From Macrostomum lignano (Eukaryota), in contig NIVC01000814.1 in NCBI GenBank assembly GCA_002269645.1, positions 372,001 to 436,000 on the forward strand: DNA of 64,000 bases, given 5' to 3'. This document shows, one piece after another, positions 50,374 through 61,636 of the stretch (position 1 is its first letter; each line of letters starts with the position of its first letter). The translations under genes and the position numbers were made by a program. Under the pieces are notes generated by a model that did no database searches, was not told the origin of the DNA, and was given only the letters and a program-made list of their open reading frames with translations.

Positions 50374-51284
50374 GGATAGACATTTGCTAAAATAGTTTTA
50401 TTACTTTTTGCTTAAAATGATCCTAAAAAATAGTATAAATAAGATAGGTTAGAGTTGTTTTTTTCAATTTGCCTTTAAACTTTACAAGCTAATTGAAAAA
50501 AATCTATTCAGTGAGTTCTGAATAAATAAGAGTGTATAGAGAAGTGATTCAAACTTTGTTAATTTTTTTAAGTGAAGCAGAAATATATACCATATATACT
50601 ACTGATAAATAGAATACCAAGACAAGAAAGGAGACAAAGTATTGATAGATCTCAAAGCATACTTATAGAATAGTAACAAAGGCCATGACTTTTTAATCTT
50701 GGAAATGTCTTTGCTTAGCCATAGTTTGGAACACTATATATATCCTAGGAAAATTACCAAATTTTTTGGTGTATACCTGTGTATGCCAAATACATTACCT
50801 TATGCAAAGCTTCATATTAAAAAATTTAAAACATAACTAGACTAGTGATTTTTATATTCAATTTCAATTAGATTAGATGAGAATGAGAAAGAGAAAAAAT
50901 AACTATATTTATATATTCTTTTTTCTATCTATAAATAACAAAAATAAAGTTTGTGCATTTTTGTTACAACTTCCAATTGTCACCTTGTAGAAAAACCCAG
51001 AAAGCAGTTTTGCATTAAATAGTTATCAAATTTTACAATTAAAATGCATGGACAACTATTGTGACTGTGATTTTTATAACAACTTTTTAAATTTTCAATG
51101 CATTATCACATATCAAAAAATTAAAAGTGTGCACCAAAAGCCCAAAATCACTTTTTTACACTAACATATACACCAAATTTCTTGAGCCAACCCCAGAAAT
51201 TTCTAGCATATATGCTTTCTCCTTGACTATGGATGACTAGAAGAGATATGCATGCAATACATATATAATTAATAGTAATATACT

Positions 51285-52115
51285 AGCAATCTTCATCTCC
51301 CAATAGGGGACATCTGGATAGAATCCTTGTTCTTTACAAATAACAAATAGACAACAAAATAAAGCTTTCATAAGAAAACAACAGACATTCCCTCTAAAAA
51401 CAAAATATCCCAAGACAGCAAGCATTCAAGTATCAATCTTCAAATAGCAAGCATCCCCAAGACTGCAAGAATTCCCCAGATAGCAAGCAACCCCAGATAG
51501 CAAGCATCCCCCAAATAGCAAGCATCCCCTAGACCCTAGATAGCAAGCATCCCCCAGATAGCAAGCATCTCCCAGACTGCAAGCAATTCTAGATAGCAAG
51601 CATAACCTGGATACAAAGAGACCTTATAGATATCTAGCAACCCCCTCTCATATAGCAAGTACCTTCCACCCCCCCCCCAAGAGCAAGCATCTCCCAATAG
51701 CAAGTTACTCCAGTAGCAAGCATCCTTCTGATAGCAAGCATCCCCTCAATAGCAAGCATTCTTTTAATAGCAAGCATCCCTTAGATAGCAAGCATACCCC
51801 TGATAGCAAGTATCTATCCTTAAATAGCAAGCATCTACCAGAGAACAAGAAGCTAGTGCAACAATTTCTTTAGCTTTATAGTGGCTCTATTTTGTTTGGC
51901 ATGACACTTCTTTTTATGTGTGTATTGTGGAATGGTGTCTCTGTTATGTTGAATTGGTGGCTCTTTAATATTTGACATGGTGTCTTTTCTATGTTGGACA
52001 TGATGGCTCTTTTGTGTTTGACATGATAGCTCTTTAATGTTTGACATGGTGGCTCTTCTATGTTTGACATAGAGTCGCATATATGTTTGACATGGTGGCT
52101 CTTTAATGTTCAACA
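51285..52115. repeat. Composite repeat, copy 2 (shorter, more diverged)
   Basis: Same head, the 17-bp array, spacer GCAAGTATCTATCCTTAAATAG and a short 23-bp array. Confidence 0.85.
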
Positions 52116-52834
52116 TTTACAATGATATGGTGGAAAGATTCTTTCATTTTACAATCTCTTTATAGTATGGACAACAATATTTCACACTGTTGGGGATTGT
52201 ATAATGAAAGTGAGGGGGCTTTAAAAAAAGAGAAAGGAGGGATGCCAAAAAATCACGACTTACTTTTGTGGAATCTCTATTAGGTAGCCTAGACAAGGGG
52301 TTAAACAAGGTATACGATCCTCCCATCCCCTGTAAACAAATTTTCAACTTGGCAGTAGAGGTCGGATGAGATCCCGATCCCGAAATCTCGGGATCCCAAG
52401 GAAAATTGAATTCCCGCGGGACCAGAATCCTGACCCTAAAAAACTCGAGATTCGGGAACAGGTCTTTTGATTAATAATTTATAGAACTAGTGATTACTTG
52501 AAGGTACGAGGGGCGTCCGGAAAGTAGTGTTACTTTTGCTTGGTGTGGACATATGGACAGTCACACTTGCATGTGCTTAGTGTCATTTGAAAGCGGCAAG
52601 TCTCTTCTTTAAAATGACACCAATTGCAAGAGATTTGGATCTGTGCTTCAAGAGATATGTACGATTAAGTAGAGAAAGGTCAGTCATAGACTTACAGAAC
52701 CTCAAAAATGTCAACAGAAAACTTTTATCACGAGCGTAATTACTCCAGAAAAAAACAAAAAACACAACAGTACAGTACAGAAGCAGGTGAAACAGATAAC
52801 AAGCAAATTATCACACAAGCGAACAACATTAAAA

Positions 52835-54223
52835 TCATTCATCGGTTGGTAGACTTGTCTTCTCAACGTAGTCACCATGAGACATGATGCACTTCTCCCA
52901 TCGGTCTCGCATCTTGTCGATGGCGTTTGCATACACATTTCTTGGGATCTGGTACAGCAAGATCCTCCTGACCTCACTCTCCAAGTGATCACAACTGTTG
53001 TGAACTCGCCCTTGAAGCTGTCGCTTTAACTCAGGAAACAAGGCGAAGTCCGCAGGTGCCAGGTCAGGAGAATATGGAGGGTGAGGAAGCAACTCAAAGT
53101 TCAGTTGGTCAATTGCTTGCATGGTCTTTGCAGCAGTATGCGGCCTCGCATTGTCGTGGTGGAGGATATGGGGTCTTTCTTTCCCCCATCTTTTGTTGCA
53201 GATGCATACATGCGCAACAGTCGGCCGAGTCGGCCGATCCGGCCGACCGATTTGGCGGCCAATCAAGGAAGTCGCAAAAATGCCCACCCAAAAAATAACC
53301 TGAAGAGTAGTACTAAGTAGCTGATGAGGCATTTTAGCTTAATAAAACAGTCATAGTTACTCCTGCCGTTTACCCAAAGTTGCGTTAATTTTGCTTTCGG
53401 GTTTTTTTATATGTAAGTCGCATTTTTGGCCAAAAACTACGTCGCATTTTTGTTAAAACTAAGTCGCACGGCTGACCGAATTTTGGAGGTTGCACATGTA
53501 TGTGCAGATGTCTGACTTCAGTTTTGTCAGGGAGGTCACATACCAATCAGCATTGATGGTCGAGTTTGGCTCCAGGAACTCGATGGTCAGTGGGCCATTG
53601 CAATCAAAAAAGAGAGTCAGCATGACTTTGTTGCTGTGCCGGTCTCGGCGAGCTTTTGTTGGTGGATCAGATCCCCTGACGGTCCAAACCATTGACTCCT
53701 GCTTTGTTGGAGGGTCGAAGTATGGCACCCATGTCTCGTCGCCAGTTACGATCAGCTCTCGAAAGGCTTCCCATCCTCCATGTTGATTGACCAGCTCCAG
53801 GTTGTTCACACATTTCTGCTGGCGATCCAGCTTCATGACCTCAGTGAGCAATCGTGGTACCCAACGGGCACTCAGCTTGACGTGATTCATCTTCTGCAGG
53901 CACTCGTGAACTGTGGACTTCGGGCAATCCAATCGATCGGCCATTTCGCGAATGCTCTGGCGGCAGTCTTCATCAATCAAGTCGAGAATGCGATCCGTCA
54001 GGCTGCTGCTGTCGCGAATTGCAGGGCATCCGGACCTTGGCATGTTGCTCACGTCAGTTCTTCTAGCCTGAAACTCGCCCACCCACCTGCTTACTGTCAT
54101 CTTGCTGACAGCATGGTCACCATGAGCTATGCAAAGTTGCCTGTGGATGTCAGCCGATTTGGTTCCGGAGCTCCAAAGTGTAAAGATGGCATGTCGCTGC
54201 CCAGTCTTTGAATGCACATCCAT
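52835..54223 (-). pseudogene. Mariner transposase (360 aa if restored) interrupted by a 298-bp insertion
   Basis: HTH, WVPRLL, IVTGDETW, ILHHDNARPH and PHPPYSPDLAPADF, with 34 residues between D2 and D3. Segments 54223-53503 and 53196-52835 total 1083 nt in frame. Confidence 0.92.
53205..53502. mobile_element. Non-autonomous hAT-like MITE inside the mariner transposase
   Basis: 14-bp TIRs CATACATGCGCAAC / GTTGCACATGTATG (1 mismatch). Perfect 8-bp TSD TGCAGATG at 53197-53204 and 53503-53510. Confidence 0.88.
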
Positions 54224-55981
54224 TTGCAGTTCACAATTGAAAATTGAATGTCAATAAACTTTGCAGGTGCAGCAGAAGCAGTTTTACAAGTCCCGTAGTT
54301 TTATGAGACAGCCCTTCTTGTTCACTGCATCACATTTGGCCATAGACAGCCCATGATTACGAAAAAGTCGATAAACTCGTAAAAGTTTTCTATTGACATT
54401 TTTGAGGTTCTGTAAGTCTATGACTGACCTTTCTCTACTTAATCGTCCATATCTCTTGAAACACAGATTCAAATCTCTTGCAATTGGTGTCATTTTAAAG
54501 AAGAGACTTGCCGCTTTCAAATGACACCAAGCACATACAAGTGTGACTGTCTATACGTCCACACCAAGCAAAAGTAACACTACTTTCTGGACGCCCCTCG
54601 TATTTTGCTTTAACTTATACTCGTTACATTATTTACTTTGTTGGTTACAAAACTTCATATCAATTTTGTTGTGTTTTACTTCTTGATCTTGACAATCTTT
54701 TCTCAATTTTGTTTAACTTTACATGGACAATACACTAAAAGACCTGATCCCAATTCCCAAATCCCGATCCCAATCCCGAGAAAAAAATTATTCCCAATCC
54801 CGATCTCGCCCGAAGATTTCAATCCCATCCGACCTCTAGTTGCCAGATCATATTATAAAATTGATGAAAAGCTCAAGTTTTGTTATTCAATCCCTTTCTA
54901 TACATTTCATCATTTCCTCCATTTGAATAATTGTATAGGGCCTAACGCTAACAAAAGTGAATATAGATACATCCCTACTCTTGCTAAGAATTGTGGCTTA
55001 CAATTAATTAGGGTAATTGCGCTTCAAAAATGCTTTCACACTGATATGCAAACAAGACTCCTATCTTTTACATAGGAGATTGTATAATGTAAGGGGATCA
55101 TAAAACAAAAGAATGCCAAATTTTTATTGCAGTCTTTCTATCTCCTATTTTTTGCTATGAATTTTTATTTGACCCATATTTTCTAGTGCCTCTTAAAACT
55201 ATATGAACTTCAAACTTTGTATGAAATTTTTACCAAACATATATTCAAATATATTCAAAACTTCTAACTGTTGACTGTCCATATTTATTTTAACAAACAA
55301 AAGTAGCACTAAGTCTAAATGGTTAAAATAGATGCCTATTTTTTAGCAGCAAATACTGTTCTTTACCCCAATACGGCAATACATGCTTCATTGCTAAGTA
55401 TTGTCTTCATAGGATGCAGCAGACAAACTGTCTACCCTAGGCCACAAGGTCTTTATTTAAAATTAGGCCTAGCCTAAGCCTATTGGCTATTTTATTAGGC
55501 CCCTATAATAAATAAAATGAGCCTATGACTAGCCATACACAGCACGCAGGCTTATATTGTATTGGCCCCTACTGGTAGTGCTACTATAATAAAAAGTAGG
55601 CCTACTAAACTGCATACGGTACACAGTATCAATGATTGACCTGATCTGACTAACATATATCTGTCAGCACTCAAAAAGAAAAAAATACGTAATACTGTCA
55701 AAAACATTAAGAAAGCCAGGGTTCAAAACGCTGTTCTTAAAGACGTTTTTACAATTTCGTATGGTTGGATTTTAAATCTTATCTCGCCGATTTATTAAAA
55801 ATCTACTTTCCTTTGTTTAAATTGTAAACAATAAAATTTAAAAAAACTTGTAACAAAAAGTATTTTGACAAGCAAGTACACAAGATAGGATATGCTACAA
55901 ATGAAAAAAGAGTCAGAAAAGAGCTCACTGGTGTAGCTAAAATATATGAAGTCATGAATAGCTAAAACAGTTATGCAAACT

Positions 55982-56088
55982 GAAACAGATATATCAGCAG
56001 TGTAATAAATCCGCTTTTCAGTTGTTTATTCATTGAAACAGATATATCAGCAGTGTAATAAATCCGCTTTTCAGTTGTTTATTCATTT
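55982..56088. repeat. ~54-bp direct duplication
   Basis: GAAACAGATATATCAGCAGTGTAATAAATCCGCTTTTCAGTTGTTTATTCATT occurs twice. Confidence 0.9.
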
Positions 56089-56305
56089 ACTGTCTTTTTA
56101 ATTTCCTATTTAATTCGTCGTTAATCGCTAGACGTTAAGTTCGTTCGAAGTGTGTTAATGCTTGTTTTTCACGCTTTAAAATATCACGCGCTTTCAAAAA
56201 TACTATATCTTTTTACAAAAATCGCCTATTATGGAGAACAATCCTCAATTATACTAGATATTTGTTACATTGACAAAATAATATTTAACTACCTTTTCTG
56301 AATAA

Positions 56306-57361
56306 AGCCATGGATTGCTCGTCTGCATTAAATTCAAAGTTTGCAATTTTGCCCCGCGAGGCCCCCGTTCGCATCGATTGGCTACTGAAGATTCCTTAAT
56401 TAGTTGTCTATATGGTTATAAAAAAAGTTGTGTGTAATTGCTGCAATGGGTTGTTTCATACATAGTAAACCCTTCCCTGAGAGCTGTCAAATTGAGTCCG
56501 CATTTCGTCGGTCATGCAGTGTCCTGCAGATGGCTACAATGATTTAAAAAAAGCTGTAAGTACATGTACGTTGGGGCATGCAGGCCAAAATCGTGCACAT
56601 CAAATTTGTAATATGTAAACAACTGCGATGGCTTGTCTTTATTTGCTTATCCTGTCAAAGATGCACAAGGGCTGGCTATTTGGCTCGACAACGTTGAAAT
56701 TATTATAAAACAGATCGAGAATTCGCACCGACATATCAAAAAAGGTACACCTGTGTGAGCTAGCTCCATTCAAGAACGAAAATTTTCTTACTTTGGCACA
56801 GGGTAGCCAAGCTCAGCTGGTACATGAATGTACAGTAAGAGTAGAAAAATATTGAGACCGGGAGCGGTTCAGAAGTACGAAATGGCCCGATTCTCCACTA
56901 GTCCTGCAGCGCTTTGATGCTGAAGACTCATGCAGTTGGACAATAACACCGCGGAGATTTGCATCCATTTGCCAAACGAAGCTTAAAGCAGCTGATTCAA
57001 ACAAAAGATCGAAGCCTTATTCTATCTAGAAAGCGACGCCATCGGGTCGAAAGATTTCTAAAGGCCAAGTGTAAAAGGCATTTGCCTCTGGAGTAGTAAT
57101 TCAGACAACTGAGGAGAAGTGCATGTGCGTGGAAAACTGAATGCGAAAGTTTCAAAGAAAATCTATTTAGTTAATCAGCTAGCTATAAAATTGTTACATG
57201 TATTCATATTTAGGAGACTTCCGTACATAAGAACTGTATCTTACAGTACGTTTTTGCCATAGACAACTAAGGAATCTTCAGTAGCCAATCGGTGCGAACG
57301 CGGGGGCTTCGCGGGGCAAAATTGCACCCCCAAATTTAAAGCAGAGGAGCAATCCATGGTT
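56306..57361. mobile_element. PIF/Harbinger-like (Tourist-type) non-autonomous element
   Basis: ~110-bp imperfect TIRs (AGCCATGGATTGCTC... / ...GAGCAATCCATGGTT) with TAA on both sides (56303-56305, 57362-57364). No ORF inside. Confidence 0.6.
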
Positions 57362-58226
57362 TAATCATCCCAGCCTGGTTGAGCTCACGATTCTTTCACT
57401 GTCCACACGTACCAAGCTGATTTTGGAACAATAAGGGCCTCTATATGTGCCATGTACGAGCTATTCTTGCCAGACCAATTAATTGAACGCAGCTAGGAGC
57501 CATAAAAGTCAAAGCGGTATAGCGAAAAAGCTGGCTATAGCGGCCGAGAAAGCGGATCCCAACGGACCGGCTTTGACATCATGCAAAACTGCACATGCTA
57601 TTCATGGAATAATACAGGTTCTTATAATACATCAATGCATGACTTTCTATTCTTTGCTGACATTCATTATTAATTGTCGCGGAGTCAAGAAACTAAACAA
57701 CATATACTTTTGCTGCATTTTAGTAAGTTTTCTTAGTATAGTAATTAAATTTTACCTTTATTACATAGCTACTAGTATATTTAAAATAAAAGTCTTTTAC
57801 ATCAAAATCTTCTGGAAGCCTATATTTACATGTACTATACTAAAAAATTTCAGAAAAGCCTGTGAAATAAAACTTTACGGCTCTATCTGTGAATCGAAAT
57901 GACCAAGTTAATTGGTAGTGTTGATGTGGTTTCTAATATAGAAAATTTTGCAAAAAACTACACAGCTATCACAGAAAATAACAATCGAAACTGCAGCTGC
58001 ACCCTGCTGATCAGTGCTGATATGTGCGAGACGGATACCTTCTATATATATTTATTCTATCCAGAATACATGTACATGTATATTACGATACTAACTATAA
58101 GCTGGAAAGCAGCTTGACACATTCTCAAAGGTATCAAGGCTATAGCTAATCATTACTTTTTAGACAGAAAGTATCTCTTGCAGACAGTTTGTTTAAACCA
58201 TTTGGAAACAAAAAAATCTATAAAGT

Positions 58227-60284
58227 TCATCCAAACCTAAGCTGTTTCGCCTGCAAGTCAGTTCGCTCTCGCCATTCCCGGAACCGAGCTCTAGCGCCCA
58301 TGCTAGGAAAGTGCAAGTCTAGAAGTTGAGCGCACTTCTCCAATGCCGACATGTTTGGCGCCTGGACTCGGATGACGCGCCTCTCCTCGCCATTCGGACG
58401 GCGCCTGATGCGGTCGGTTATCTCTATGCTACAGCCGCTGCGGGCGGAAACTACCGCACCGCGGCGATCGCAGCTGCCAGGAAAAAATGGCAGCAAGCCC
58501 GACGAGCTGTTCTCTACGTCAACCTCCAGTGTCAGGGGTCGAGCTTCGTTTAATTGCCGACGACTCATAGCGCTGCCGCCAAAGCTGTCAGTGGCATAGG
58601 GCTGCTCAGCGGCTGCGGGAGAGCGGGTAATTGCTATCAGTTGCATTCGATTGTCCTGCAACACAAGCCTATGAGAACTCTTGTTAGAAACGGCCCGTTG
58701 TGTCCACACTGAATTAGACGAAAGCATCCACAAAAAGTTTTGAAATAGTTTGAGAGACTCGTCAAAGAATTCTTACTCATTGACTCGGCAGAGTTTCCCA
58801 CGGCGCCATCAATACCACAGAAGTCACCGCTAGCAGCAGACGCTTCAGGCCCGACATTTTGGGACGACATCAATGGCTGGGTTGGCTGCGGATTAGACGG
58901 CTCTTGATCCCGGTCGGACGTTGTGTCTGGAGCAGCACTACTCAGCCAAGATCGCTCAGGCAAGTCGGGCTGACTCATCAGCACAGGCATAGACACCATG
59001 AGCTCGTTAATCGCTGCTGTAATGTCTTTACTCCGCTTGGCGCAAATATGAACAGCCCGTTTGCGCGCGGTGCCCAGCGTATCCTTTTCCCGTTTGCTGC
59101 ATTCCACCGAGCAGCAGGATACGGTTATGTCCACTTGGCACTGCCGCATGACGGCCTCCATGTCATTTCCGTGCACGAAGCTGATGACGCTCGTCCAGTT
59201 TTGGGGAACGTAAACTGTACGACGAACCGTAGTTTCTGGCTGTGAGGAGTTGAAAAGCTCGAAAATAATGCAAATTATTTTCTTGGAAAGTAGGTGACTT
59301 TGTCTATATAGCGGCTGTTCAATTAATAGCTAGCTAGCTTCGATTAATTTTAAAGCTTGTCTAGAATTTCGATGCCTTGATCTGCCTTGATCTGATCTGA
59401 CTGCTTAAGAAACTGTTTTCAATTTAAATAAAAAGCTGCTTCATAGAATATAATCAAACCTCAACAGCGGGCTGCTTTTCACCAAAAGCAGAACCAGTGG
59501 ATGCATTGGCAGTAGTCTCTTTAATAGGCATGGCGTTTGCTACAATAGGGCCAACGACTACTGGTGCTGCAGTAATTGCCGAGGTGAGACACGAAGAATC
59601 CGGTACATTGTAAATCTGTTGAGAATGTGGCTGCTGCTGCTGCTGCTGCTGCTGCTGATACTGCATGCTGCTATTGCATGCATTGGAGGCTGGTACAGCA
59701 AAATTGTAGCTTTGCTGCATCTGATGCTGACAACTAAACTGTTGCTGAAGATTGTCAAACAAGTTTTCTGTTGGATCAGGAATCTTCTTTTGACTAAAGC
59801 AGCTTTGACTTTGTTGCTTGGAATGTTCAAGTTGATTGATGCTACTTTGCTGCATCAGTTGCTGCTTCAGCGTCTGATCATTTCTAGCAAGAGGCTCGTG
59901 ACACTGATCCAGTTTAGATGTAGGAATCTGCAGGTTGAACGGTGTCATGAATTTCCATGGTTTGTTATATGAAGTTTAAGAAATTTATTCTACACACGGA
60001 TGCTATATGCTCGTACTAAAAAGGTGACAGTCTAACCGCAGATGGTGAGAATGAATCGTCAGGTAGAGACGTACAGACATACTCTGACAGATATACTTCA
60101 GGCCACTGGGAATTATGAGCAGTATACGAGCGTCTGTAGAAGAGAACAGAAAGAGAGAAGAGAAGAGAAGTCAAAAGAGAAAGCTACGGTCGAACTCACG
60201 GCGGTATTGCTAGTAAGCCAGCATTCGTCATTGTCGTCGATCTCTGCATCGTTGCCACAAAAGAGTGCACCTTGTTGACCAGGC

Positions 60285-60342
<58 letters not shown>

Positions 60343-60691
60343 GCTGTTGCTGCTCACGTGCTTCAAGCTCAGCTGTAGCAGTCAACGAGCTCTCGGTCTC
60401 AGTGAAGCAGCAATCGTTTGGCTGTGATGAATCTTCGCTGCAAAGTGCATCGCCGCCGCTGCTGCTGCTGCTGCTGCCAGAGTAGGCTTTGTCAAACTCT
60501 TCGCAAGCGCACCGGACAGTCTGGCTTTGCCTCCGGCCATCTTTCGGCCGCTGAGTTTGTTGTCGCTGCTGCTTGAGCTTGTTTGACTTGCTTCGACGAA
60601 CGCTTTGCACTTGAGAGTTGAGGTTAAAAGACGCTCTGGTGGACTTTTTATCTTTGTTTGTACGCGACGGTGAAGAGAAGCCGTTGCCCAT
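58227..60691 (-). CDS. Uncharacterised ~634-aa Q/S-rich protein with a possible N-myristoylation site and two degenerate KH-like domains. Exons 60691-60200, 59927-59460, 59239-58777, 58708-58227
   Basis: Four ORFs join through GT/AG sites in phases 0,0,1. Start MGNGFS fits MGxxxS. The ~23-Q tract is mostly CAA. TVYVPQNW..I...DMEAVMRQCQVDI and SARSGCSIEI...RVIRVQAPNMSALEKCAQLL have KH-type topology without GxxG. Confidence 0.7.
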
Positions 60692-60856
60692 TTGCGACTT
60701 GTAGCTATTCAATTCGTCTAACACCTTTGTTTGTTAAGGCACTGAGCTACGTAGGATTTACTTTAAAACTTGCTTTTACAAGTACGGGCTCCAAAAGTGT
60801 TTCAATAAAGTCTGGAAATATCTTTGTCCATAGACATCTTTGTCATATAGCGCTTA

Positions 60857-61636
60857 TATCGCTTTTGACGCTCTAGATAAGACTTAAGACATTCAAAATA
60901 AGACTGCATAGGATCGCAAGCAAGGCCAGGCTAGCCACGGCCAGAGCAAGCCCAGTCTTGGCTGCAGGGATGGCTTGGCCATAGACTAAAAAATTGAATA
61001 TCAAAATGAGAATAAGACGCTCAATATGAGACCGGGAGTGAACGTAATTTATTTGCTTTTTGGCAGTCACCATACAAACAGCTAAGGAGAAATTAGGCAA
61101 TAAACAAGAAGCAGAATAGCATATCGAAATGTTTAGTCCATCACTGAAGTCAGCCTGGCGGACTGCGTTAGAAGGCCATTCGATTTAAGCACCTGCCAAA
61201 GTGCCTCTGACAGCGGAGTTCCCATCTGGCCGCCTTCTCAGCTGTGATGACGAGGCCGACTGCCTCCCGTGCAATCCGCTCCAGCAGCATGAAGGTTGAT
61301 CCATTGTTTACTGCGTCGATCAGATGCTGACGGTCTGCTGCAGGAATCGATGGTGCCATCACAGTGAAATCCAAGGGGTCAGATGCAACCCAAGGGGTGA
61401 AGAAGGAGAGCTGGCTGAGGGTCAGAGGGTTAGAGCGATATCTGAAGGCTTTCACACTCAGTCTCATATTGAGCGTCTTATTCTCATTTTGATATTCCAT
61501 TTTTTAGTCTATGGCCAAGCCATTCCTGCAGCCAAGACTGGGCATGCTCTGGCCGTGGCTAGCCTGGCCTTGCTTGCGATCCTATGCAGTCTTATTTTGA
61601 ATGTCTAAAGTCTTATCTAGAGCGTCAAAAGCGATA
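60857..61636. repeat. ~180-bp inverted repeats (60857-~61040, ~61450-61636) enclosing a GC-rich exon-like segment
   Basis: TATCGCTTTTGACGCTCTAGATAAG...CAATATGAGAC versus GTCTCATATTG...CTTATCTAGAGCGTCAAAAGCGATA. No TSD seen. Confidence 0.85.

Larger units (their letters stand above)
52507..54600 (-). mobile_element. Tc1/mariner (DD34D) DNA transposon with ~225-bp TIRs and TA target duplication
   Basis: TA|CGAGGGGCGTCC...GGACGCCCCTCG|TA. TIRs at 52507-52734 and 54376-54600 enclose the transposase. Confidence 0.93.
52356..54838. mobile_element. Outer hAT-like MITE into which the mariner inserted
   Basis: TIRs TAGAGGTCGGATGAGAT / ATCCCATCCGACCTCTA, clustered subterminal ATCCCG motifs at both ends, and a 6/8-matching flank CTTGGCAG / GTTGCCAG (degenerate 8-bp TSD). 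Confidence 0.65.
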
